64,000 bases of DNA from a virus. The position numbers and the translations under genes were made by a program. Where the stretch lies: positions 32,001 to 96,000 of the IMG/VR virus record IMGVR_UViG_3300035670_000049. The stretch is one strand, 5' to 3'. The notes under the pieces were generated by a model. That model saw only the letters and a list, made by a program, of their open reading frames with translations. It was not told the DNA's origin and searched no databases. How positions within the stretch are numbered: the stretch's first letter is position 1; each line of letters starts with the position of its first letter. Shown one piece after another: positions 9,766 to 17,599 of this stretch.

Positions 9766-9947
9766 TACCGACAAGCGAGTTTCCTCCGAAGTTTGTTCGC
9801 AGCATTGATTTCTTTCCAGCACTCTCGACAATAGGATTGCCACCCAGAAGTCTTGTGCGGCCCTCTGGGTCGAGCGACATAGAAATACTCCTCTGTCTGC
9901 GGCTTTTCTAGCGCACAGCGAGAACAAAGCCTGAGAATTTCAGACAT
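9765..9947 (-). CDS. Small Zn-finger protein
   Basis: CSRC...K...EYFY...SYCREC, typical phage HNH-associated Zn motif. Confidence 0.65.
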   Translation of the reverse strand: MSEILRLCSRCALEKPQTEEYFYVARPRGPHKTSGWQSYCRECWKEINAANKLRRKLACR

Positions 9948-10084
9948 AAAATCCCCTCTAAACCACGCTTCTCTAATTGGGCCTATTAGATCAAGCGATA
10001 CGTAAATCCTTCCAAATAGAGTGAAACTGAGAAAAACGCCTTTAAATTAGAATACGCCCAAGACTGCTTGGGACGCTTCGGCCA

Positions 10085-10113
10085 AGTGTACCCGATAGGG
10101 GGCTGCTTGTCAA
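10085..10113 (-). promoter_or_regulatory. Sigma70 promoter TTGACA-N17-TACACT (leftward operon)
   Basis: Direct sequence. Confidence 0.8.
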
Positions 10114-10164
10114 GCCCAATTTTGACCTATTTTTGTGGATAACTTCGTTTTTATGAGAGCTAAA

Positions 10165-10208
10165 TTAAGAAACCTTAACTTGACAGAACGCACCACCTCT
10201 GTTAAGGT
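10165..10208 (+). promoter_or_regulatory. Palindromic operator TTAAG-N4-CTTAA abutting promoter TTGACA-N17-TAAGGT
   Basis: Direct sequence; the same operator lies beside the 11.3 and 13.8 kb promoters. Confidence 0.7.
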
Positions 10209-10213
10209 ACATA

Positions 10214-10610
10214 TTGTCAGAGGGGCCAACACCCCAAAGATGCCGGTCTGATGGGATGGGTTGAGAAGCCTTCTTCCCCCAAGGAATTTTTCCTCATTCG
10301 AATGTGGAGAGCATTCTACCGGCAGGGAATTACTGAAACATTGGATAAGGTATTCTCAATTCTTTCGGCCTCACACTCTTAGCGAGAGAAAAACTATTGC
10401 AAGAGTTTTATCTTACTAAGAGAAAGGTTCTGGCCTTCGGGTAGTATTCTCGCATCTGACTCCCGCCCGGTAGGGATGACAGTGGAACGCTGAATATTAC
10501 AAGGAGAAGAAGAAAACCGTTCTTCTCTGCGGCCAGAGGCAGTCACTAACACGAAGATCGTGCCTGTCGAAACTCCCCTTAGTAGAAATGCTAGGGGGAG
10601 TTTTTTTATT
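10214..10610 (+). ncRNA. Putative structured non-coding RNA of unknown family (~350-390 nt)
   Basis: Own promoter and terminator, no ORF >=60 aa, many complementary segments (see findings). Confidence 0.6.
10570..10610 (+). terminator. Rho-independent terminator
   Basis: AAACTCCCCTTAG-loop-CTAGGGGGAGTTT followed by a T-tract. Confidence 0.85.
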
Positions 10611-10847
10611 GCCCAAAAACCCTGTGGCGATTTTCTCCCAATTTTTCTGGTCTAGAGGGTATCTAAAAAACTGGAAAAATTAGTCCCGGTATTTATGTAC
10701 AGTAACAGGCTGCAAACCGGGTGTTAGCGTTTCACTTTTGTGTGAATATAGGGGGGGGCTAATTGAATCTGAGCTAATTGATTGTTTAGGGCCAGGGGAT
10801 GAAACAGAACAATTGAAAGTACAGAATTGAATCTGAAGAATACATGA

Positions 10848-10878
10848 AAGAGCCGATGACTTTCATCATCGGCTCTTG
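10848..10878 (-). terminator. Hairpin terminator after the 10899-11255 gene
   Basis: AAGAGCCGATGA/TCATCGGCTCTT 12-bp stem. Confidence 0.65.
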
Positions 10879-10898
10879 TTTGTTGTTGTTGATCTAAG

Positions 10899-11255
10899 TC
10901 ACCATTCGCCGCTCCGCTGAATCTCTGCAAAGAACATTCTAACCGCAGTGAGCATCTTATCAGCACGCGGGTCCGCGTAGTCAATCATTCGGTCGGCCAA
11001 TTCCATCAGGTCCATCATAAGGTCAATCTGGCGATTCGTGGGCCGGTAGCGCTGATGCAGCACAACATATCCCGGACCATACAGTGACAAGTGAATCCAC
11101 CCGCGCGCCTCTAGATCATTCGGGTCCTCGTGGATGACGAGATAGGCTACATCATGATGACCCATGCTGGGGACGTAGTGCTGGCGGCCAGCAGGATCGA
11201 TCCACGAATCGCACAGGGTCGGCTCTGAAAGAATCTCGCCCGGTTCGTGCTGCAT
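10899..11255 (-). CDS. Hypothetical early protein (monocistronic cassette, GC-rich)
   Basis: RBS, own promoter, 5' hairpin and terminator. Confidence 0.75.
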   Translation of the reverse strand: MQHEPGEILSEPTLCDSWIDPAGRQHYVPSMGHHDVAYLVIHEDPNDLEARGWIHLSLYGPGYVVLHQRYRPTNRQIDLMMDLMELADRMIDYADPRADKMLTAVRMFFAEIQRSGEW

Positions 11256-11299
11256 CTCACTGCTCCTTGCTCTTGCTATCGCCTGTTGGCGATGCCAAG

Positions 11300-11348
11300 A
11301 GCATAATCGATTCGACTACCCTATGTCAACAAAGCTAAGGAATCTTAG
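11300..11348 (-). promoter_or_regulatory. Promoter TTGACA-N18-TATGCT with operator CTAAG-N4-CTTAG upstream
   Basis: Direct sequence. Confidence 0.75.
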
Positions 11349-11636
11349 CTTTGCAAGGTTAGAGCGTTATTGCGTGAAAGCGCAATCGTTGCACATGCAA
11401 CTACCAGGATTGGGCCTTGCCTGTACATACCCTAAACAGAACGGAACATGGAGTATGGTATAACAGAACTGAACGGCAATCGAATTCCTGTACATACACT
11501 ATACACTATAGTACAGTACATCAGTACACATTCATGCGCCCATGAATCAATCTGCGTTCCATTGGCTCAAATCGCAATTATTAAGATTTCTTAATAAAGC
11601 TAAGATATCTTAATCCAGGTTCTCAATGCACATGGT

Positions 11637-11668
11637 GATAGGGCAGGGTTTCTGTGCCCTGCCCTATC
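11637..11668 (-). terminator. Hairpin terminator after the 11681-11956 gene
   Basis: GATAGGGCAGGG/CCCTGCCCTATC 12-bp stem. Confidence 0.65.
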
Positions 11669-11680
11669 CTCTAGACTTGA

Positions 11681-11956
11681 TTACCGATTGCTATCGATCA
11701 CCAGATCGACGTACTCGGTGTACGTCATGCCCTGCGGCAGCACGGGCCGGATTGCGCTGATCTGGGAGAAGAGATCGAGAGCCGCAGTGTACTCGCCACG
11801 CACGATCAATTGATCGTGGAGAAGGTTCGACATGTAGGAATCGACCTTCTCTTCCTTGGTTCCGTTCGACTCCCGAAACAGATCGACTGCCGTGGGGATC
11901 GAATCCACCAGAACCTCGGTGGGGGCGAGCATGAGCCAGAACTCATACCCGTTCAC
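11681..11956 (-). CDS. Hypothetical early protein (monocistronic cassette, GC-rich)
   Basis: Purine-rich leader, own promoter and terminator. Confidence 0.75.
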   Translation of the reverse strand: MNGYEFWLMLAPTEVLVDSIPTAVDLFRESNGTKEEKVDSYMSNLLHDQLIVRGEYTAALDLFSQISAIRPVLPQGMTYTEYVDLVIDSNR

Positions 11957-12026
11957 TTTTCTGCCTTCCTTCTCTTCCTTCGGGATCGGTCCCGATTGCC
12001 TATCAGATCATCGATCTGATGTGATC

Positions 12027-12072
12027 ACTATAGCGAGTAGCACGCTATCTGTCAATAGTACCTTTGTCACAA
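12027..12072 (-). promoter_or_regulatory. Promoter TTGACA-N17-TATAGT with upstream TTGTGAC element
   Basis: Direct sequence. Confidence 0.8.
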
Positions 12073-12458
12073 TCGAAAGTGACCTTTGGGGAAGCTCGGT
12101 GCAGAGCATAAACTCATACCAGCGCACTCATATATCCTAGCCAAAGTCTACTAATCTGGTAGACTTACCAAGGGATTGCGGGCATGGGCTAATCATATAC
12201 TATATCACTAGTATATAAACAGGAACAGGAATGAAATACTAATCTAAACAGTATTCGATTGTATATCCTATGCGCCCCATTCATAGTCGAGTATCCATTG
12301 GCTTGCGTGTCAATTCTGATCGCCGCTCCATTGGCTCAAAGCTAAGATTTCTTTATTTAGCTAAGATTTCTTTATCCAGGATTAGAACTGAACGGATATT
12401 CTAATTCAATTCGGTATCTTTATTCGCCAGCGAATTAGCAGGGACTAAGGGAATTAGA

Positions 12459-12839
12459 TTACTTGGACTTGGCGGGCTTCTCGGGCTCGGGCTCGATAAC
12501 CTCGGGCTCGGGCTCGGGATTCCGCAGGGCTTCCAACTCTGCCGCGATGCTATCCGCATCGAGTCCCTGCGCAGCGGTCCGTCCGCGCTTCCCCTCGGGA
12601 AGTGTGAGCGTCCCTGCATTCAGGTCGAGTGCGAATCCATCCGCCAGCGCATCGGACTTGTCAATGTTCTTGGACGGGATCGAGAGTTTATCCTTGCGGA
12701 TCACCTTGCCATCCGCATCGGTTTCGGTGGAGTAGAAAACTCCGCTGACCGTGTAGAGGCGCTCGGGATTCCGCTCGGCGGTCTTGCCCGTGGGGCGGGT
12801 GACTCGCATCCGCTCCACCAGATAGGTGACTAGTGCCAT
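12459..12839 (-). CDS. Early protein A (LTLPEGKRGRT family, acidic PE-repeat tail)
   Basis: RBS AAGGGAG; clear paralog of 13354-13647; flanked by inverted repeats. Confidence 0.8.
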   Translation of the reverse strand: MALVTYLVERMRVTRPTGKTAERNPERLYTVSGVFYSTETDADGKVIRKDKLSIPSKNIDKSDALADGFALDLNAGTLTLPEGKRGRTAAQGLDADSIAAELEALRNPEPEPEVIEPEPEKPAKSK

Positions 12840-13353
12840 TGTAGGCTCCCTTCGGCTAGTCCCCTAGTCCCTGCTATTCACTTGGTAAGGTGCTGGCCGG
12901 TGGTTCCATGTCCATCCGACATACAGAACTATATCCTCCGCGTAAAAAACTCGATAGAGCCATAGGTCCCAAAACTTTGTGACCTTTGGCCCTTGACAAG
13001 CGACGAGCTTTGTGCTAGGGGGGCCAGGTTGCGTGGTTGCGCAAGTACGCAATTGTTGCATGCGCAGCTAACTACCCCCACCCTCCATTGGCTTCCCTCC
13101 CCCATGTGGATATATAAGTGAATCAGTATACTTATATAGAACTGGATGTAATATGAAATCCAATAGTATAACAGTAACTGGATTGAAATTCAAATTCGAT
13201 TATAGAACACATCAAATTATGTAATGCGTAACATAAATGATACGTACTCCATTGGCTCAACATTAAGAACAGGTTAAGAATTCTTAATCAAATATTAATA
13301 TATAAGTGAATTAGTAATGTTAAGAGGAGAAGCGAGAGTTTAAGTTAGAGAAT

Positions 13354-13647
13354 TTACTCCTTGCGCAAAGAATTCAATTCCTTTGCGATATCGTCTGCGG
13401 TTAGGCTAGCCATTGCGGTTCGGCCCCGCTTACCTTCAGTAAGAGTAAGAATACCCTTATTGATATCGATAACCGTAGCCTTATCGCGTGCTTCATCGAA
13501 AGTAATTACCTTCGATGTGATGCTAAGCGGCTGCCCCTTATCGTTAGCAAAGACCCCGAAGATTGTGCAAAACCTATCGGGATGCTTTTCGGCCATCTTG
13601 TCGGATGGCTTAACGACGCGCATCTTGGCGATATGGTAGGTCGGCAT
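13354..13647 (-). CDS. Early protein B (LTLTEGKRGRT family)
   Basis: RBS AGGAGGTG before ATG 13647; paralog of 12459-12839; flanked by inverted repeats. Confidence 0.8.
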   Translation of the reverse strand: MPTYHIAKMRVVKPSDKMAEKHPDRFCTIFGVFANDKGQPLSITSKVITFDEARDKATVIDINKGILTLTEGKRGRTAMASLTADDIAKELNSLRKE

Positions 13648-13765
13648 ATTTATCACCTCCTTTCATCACAGGTCATGTCCTGTGTTAGTCAGACGGTGTA
13701 AATTCTCGCCTCTCGCTCTCGCTTCTCTTCTCTTATCTCACCGCCTCCTTGCCGGTGGCAAAGCC

Positions 13766-13813
13766 ACTATACAACCTGAAGAGTCAATTGTCAAGCATGT
13801 TAAGGTTTCTTAA
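13766..13813 (-). promoter_or_regulatory. Promoter TTGACA-N17-TATAGT with operator TTAAG-N4-CTTAA upstream
   Basis: Direct sequence. Confidence 0.8.
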
Positions 13814-14551
13814 CCTAGGCTAGTTTAGCTCAGGTTAAATTGTGCGAGCAATTACCCTCATCAATGCCACAGCTATATAGGTACTGATAATCAAATACAT
13901 ACTATTCCCTGGCCCGCTATGTAACTGGAACCCAAATGAAATTCAATACCTATATATTGTCCGTTGTATATCTAGGTATCGTACCAGATAATGTCGCCAC
14001 TCCATTGGCTGCACGCCCAGATCAGGATATTGCCTCTATTGGCTCAAATATAATTGAAAACATTTTTTAATTGTAAATACGCCCCTGATTTGAGCGTCAC
14101 TCCATTGGCTTGGGCAATAAAAGTGTCAATTCCCTATATATGGCGATATAAATATTAATAAAAAACTCGCTATGTAACAAGCTTCCTGATGAAATTCGAT
14201 GCCATAAAATAAAGGGGCTAAACTCCTAATATATCTAGGAATTTAACCCCATTTTGTGCTCAATACCTATGTATTTATGAGTGTATACCTAGGTAACTTG
14301 GCCTTTTTTATGCTTGGCAGTTGTTCTTAAAGATCAATTACTTCTATCTATCCCTATATATAGATTATATGTATTTATTATATTATCTACTTGCGCCCGA
14401 ACTTTCGTCAGATACAAACATTACAATGATTACTAGAATTGCCAAGAATATCAACCACTCCATCTGATGCACCCCCTTCTAGAAACTGCTATCTATCATC
14501 CCGACTGTGCGGTATCAAGTATAGCATATCAGATGGAGTAGGTTCAACTCG

Positions 14552-14830
14552 CTACTGTTCTGCCTTAATAGTAAAGAGGAGACTTCCCATCATTGTTTTG
14601 ATTTGACTTTTAATCTCTTCATGCGGCCAACCGTAGTATTCATAAAGAGCCACGATTTGCTCAGGATAGATCAGATATAAATACGGAAGCTCTGGACTTC
14701 CCTTATTGATCATCTTATCAAGGAAGCGTAGCACCCAACAATTAGTCCACTCATATTGGGTGCCGCCTCTGTCTGCAAGAATAGCCCCAATGTTAACTGT
14801 ATCATACTTATTCATCATTATAGATTCCAT
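14552..14830 (-). CDS. Hypothetical protein, last gene of the leftward early array
   Basis: Coupled ORF. Confidence 0.6.
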   Translation of the reverse strand: MESIMMNKYDTVNIGAILADRGGTQYEWTNCWVLRFLDKMINKGSPELPYLYLIYPEQIVALYEYYGWPHEEIKSQIKTMMGSLLFTIKAEQ

Positions 14831-15222
14831 CCATTTTCTTTTGCGGCCAGGAATTGTTCCTTGGTAATAGGTGTCATATCATATACATGAGTATCACCTA
14901 GTTCACCCTCTGGAACAACTACTGAATAAGCCCTACCAAAGCGATATCCATTATCATAATTGGCTTTGGCATCCTCCTTCTCCCACTCAAGTTCACCACT
15001 ATCAATATCCTCGTATACTGGATCAGAATAGATTTCTTCTTGGGTCATAATGTAGCCAAAGATTTGAATAATCTCACCGTATCCAGTATCCCATTCTCGC
15101 ATCCAATAATCACCATATGTCAATGCCTTCTGCTCTGGAGATGCGAGTTGATTAGCCCTTTCTGTGCCCCTACGAATAGCAGCAAACATTTCATCCACGT
15201 CATCAAAAGGAATAAATGTCAT
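14818..15222 (-). CDS. Hypothetical protein
   Basis: ATGA overlap; GRAYSVVVPEGELGDTHV. Confidence 0.7.
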   Translation of the reverse strand: MTFIPFDDVDEMFAAIRRGTERANQLASPEQKALTYGDYWMREWDTGYGEIIQIFGYIMTQEEIYSDPVYEDIDSGELEWEKEDAKANYDNGYRFGRAYSVVVPEGELGDTHVYDMTPITKEQFLAAKENGWNL

Positions 15223-15536
15223 GATAGTTCCTCCTTATTCCAATCCATCCATTCTGATTCTAATTTGGCCCAATTATCTCTTGCTTCTCTAAGAGAATTA
15301 TATGGTGTTACAACAAAGAATCCATACTCAGTCTCTACACAGATATAAACAGGATACTGACATACTGTTTTCTCTAGTGGTGTAAAAGTATCTGATTCAA
15401 TATAACACCAATATCCAAATCCTGTGCCTGAGTCTCCTAGTTCTGGATGTGAGGCATCAAGGAAATGATCATAAAGAATCTCACTCTCTTCAAGAGAATC
15501 ATTCATTTCAAATTTGCCGGGACCGGGTTTAGTCAT
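15219..15536 (-). CDS. Hypothetical protein
   Basis: Starts MTKPGPGKFE, acidic. Confidence 0.7.
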   Translation of the reverse strand: MTKPGPGKFEMNDSLEESEILYDHFLDASHPELGDSGTGFGYWCYIESDTFTPLEKTVCQYPVYICVETEYGFFVVTPYNSLREARDNWAKLESEWMDWNKEELS

Positions 15537-15540
15537 TTGA

Positions 15541-15675
15541 TCACCACGAAATCATTTCTGTCTCATTAGTGATAATGTCATAGTCACTATCATCATAGTC
15601 ACTATCATCATCATTAAATAGTGGCTCTAACTCTAATTCATGATAAGTCATATCCATAACATTATCATCTTCCAT
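15541..15675 (-). CDS. 44-aa hyperacidic peptide (not in ORF track)
   Basis: MEDDNVMDMTYHELELEPLFNDDDSDYDDSDYDIITNETEMISW; TAATG coupling; 17 D/E, no K/R. Confidence 0.6.
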   Translation of the reverse strand: MEDDNVMDMTYHELELEPLFNDDDSDYDDSDYDIITNETEMISW

Positions 15676-16190
15676 TACTTTGCGTCCCTCTCAAAATCAA
15701 GTTGTACCTGATAATATGCTTGCTCGCATACTTCTACATAGTCAGAATCAAAACATGTGACATTAGCCTTTTGGCCAGCATTATCGAGATAAATAGCAAA
15801 GATCAATGCATCTTTACTTGTGGAATTAGGCTTCTCTAGCCAATATTCCTCACAATATGGATACACATGCCCTTCTACTGAGAAATCATGATAATGATTG
15901 AGAACCAACCGCTTCTTAGGATTATCGTAAGAATCAACAAATGGATTAGTAGGCTCATCCTTCCAAATCTTATTGAATGCGTGGATAAATCGTAGCCACT
16001 CGATATCAGCAATTACCTTTGGATCATTCGTGTGATCCTCATGACAAAGACCATCACTATTATCATCAAGGTAATTGACTTCCCACAGTCTACGTGGATT
16101 GCCCTTGCTATTGGACATGCAATGGGGCTTACGGTTGTCCATGTCCTTGGACCAAGCAACGTACTTTACCCTACTCATTTTACGGCTCAT
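15675..16190 (-). CDS. Hypothetical protein
   Basis: 171 aa, in operon. Confidence 0.65.
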   Translation of the reverse strand: MSRKMSRVKYVAWSKDMDNRKPHCMSNSKGNPRRLWEVNYLDDNSDGLCHEDHTNDPKVIADIEWLRFIHAFNKIWKDEPTNPFVDSYDNPKKRLVLNHYHDFSVEGHVYPYCEEYWLEKPNSTSKDALIFAIYLDNAGQKANVTCFDSDYVEVCEQAYYQVQLDFERDAK

Positions 16191-16470
16191 CCATATAATC
16201 AGGTAGATTTCGTGTTAGACAGTTATCACAAGGACGATCAGCATCACTACAATCATGTGTTACATGAATTGGTGCATTCTCATCCTCCCCACATAGGCCA
16301 CAAGTATCTCGATGCAAAGCAGGAGAATAATAAGGATCATACTCATGCTGCAACATAATATCCCAACAAGGATTACAGAATGTATGATCCTTATCTACTG
16401 ATGTTAGAATATTACCACATCTATGGCAACGTCCTCCCCTTGCGGCCTTCATTTCATCTAGTGTTCTCAT
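16180..16470 (-). CDS. Cys/His-rich hypothetical protein
   Basis: Multiple CxxC. Confidence 0.6.
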   Translation of the reverse strand: MRTLDEMKAARGGRCHRCGNILTSVDKDHTFCNPCWDIMLQHEYDPYYSPALHRDTCGLCGEDENAPIHVTHDCSDADRPCDNCLTRNLPDYMDEP

Positions 16471-16946
16471 TCATCATACCCCATGATATAACCGTAGAGA
16501 ATATCTGCTACATTTCCACGATTGGTTGCAATAAAATCCATTGAGTCATAATCAATATTATATTGTACTGATCCAGTAAATCCCATTCCAGGTTCTGCAT
16601 AAATCAATGAGAATCCAAGATATGGGTATTGTTCAGCAATTCTTTTAATTGCTTCCTCGGGTGGAGCCCAAGCACTCTCAAACTTGATAATAATATTAGA
16701 GTTTTCTACTTCCCAATTAGGATTACAAAGTTCAGCATTGATATCCCACTTTGTGCCCCAGTTTTTTACACACCAATCATAATCCCATTCTCCACCCTCG
16801 TAAGGAATAAGAGACTTCAAACTAAGGACACTAGGCTTCTCGTCATACTCTACATCATCCTCTTTAGAATGTGCATCCTCAAGAAACCCCTTCTTCTGTT
16901 TTACTGAGCCAGCAATTTCAAGTAGATTTGCACACCAATTAGGCAT
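16467..16946 (-). CDS. DUF1281/YubB ferredoxin-like domain protein
   Basis: MPNWCAN...WCVKNWGTKWD...FESAWAPP...Y.EPG. Confidence 0.85.
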   Translation of the reverse strand: MPNWCANLLEIAGSVKQKKGFLEDAHSKEDDVEYDEKPSVLSLKSLIPYEGGEWDYDWCVKNWGTKWDINAELCNPNWEVENSNIIIKFESAWAPPEEAIKRIAEQYPYLGFSLIYAEPGMGFTGSVQYNIDYDSMDFIATNRGNVADILYGYIMGYDE

Positions 16947-16961
16947 TGTAACTTCCTCAAT

Positions 16962-17156
16962 TCAACTTAAAAACGGATTAAAAGCTGGAATGGTTTCATC
17001 ATCATCGACACATGGAGCATAAAGAGTAGCAATCCAACTATCCCCATCATGGAATAGTCTCATATCTTCATCAGCAGCATCAAAATCATCAAACGGACCC
17101 TCAAAGATGAATCCATCTGATAGATTACCTCTAACTAAAACATATTTCTCATTCAT
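16962..17156 (-). CDS. Hypothetical protein
   Basis: GNLSDGFIFEGPF; coupled. Confidence 0.65.
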   Translation of the reverse strand: MNEKYVLVRGNLSDGFIFEGPFDDFDAADEDMRLFHDGDSWIATLYAPCVDDDETIPAFNPFLS

Positions 17157-17386
17157 TTGGTTTTAACCTTCACAATACGTTCATGCTTGAATACCCAAGG
17201 CATAATCATATTATCATATGCCCGACAGAATGGATACATGTACTTATAATGCCAATCCTTATTGACCCAATACATCCACTCATGAACCCAAAAGAACCAC
17301 TGTTCAATCAACCATACAAGGATAGGTGAACTTCGTACCTCGATATCACCTAAACTATGTTCAATTACTGTATACTTATGAAACAT
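17153..17386 (-). CDS. Hypothetical Trp-rich protein
   Basis: Coupled ORF. Confidence 0.55.
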   Translation of the reverse strand: MFHKYTVIEHSLGDIEVRSSPILVWLIEQWFFWVHEWMYWVNKDWHYKYMYPFCRAYDNMIMPWVFKHERIVKVKTK

Positions 17387-17598
17387 TATAGCGCCCGATC
17401 CTCAAATCCCTCATTATAGTGATTAACAACAAACTCCATTTGCTCACTTTCAGTAGCGAATGTTACATCAGTTACAGTATCTACCCACTCTTCTTTCTGA
17501 TTGATAAACTTTACATACACATCTTCAAGTGTTTCAATATCATGCATAACATCAACTTTACCGTTGTGGTCAAGAGTAATAGTAATTGTAGCATTCAT
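17386..17598 (-). CDS. Hypothetical protein (start MNATITI)
   Basis: RBS GGAGAAG; C-terminal part of the 17386-17742 ORF. Confidence 0.55.
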   Translation of the reverse strand: MNATITITLDHNGKVDVMHDIETLEDVYVKFINQKEEWVDTVTDVTFATESEQMEFVVNHYNEGFEDRAL

Positions 17599-17599
17599 T

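Larger units (their letters stand above)
11558..14110 (+). repeat. Dispersed co-oriented TCCATTGGCT repeats (8 copies)
   Basis: Copies at 11558, 12294, 12327, 13084, 13248, 14001, 14035 (1 mismatch), 14101; all intergenic. Confidence 0.85.

Noticed and set aside
10214-10570. Group I intron, RNase P or tmRNA identity
   Set aside because: The TGACT/AGTCA pairing is P7-like, but the P/Q/R/S, GAGGAAAGUC and tRNA-like-domain signatures are missing and it does not interrupt a gene.
11490-11530. TACAC/TACAG short tandem repeats
   Set aside because: Low-complexity and irregular; no array structure.
12432-12879. MITE/IS or invertible switch interpretation of the inverted repeats
   Set aside because: No transposase or invertase, no target duplication, and the mismatch favours G-U RNA pairing. 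Kept instead as an RNA stem finding.
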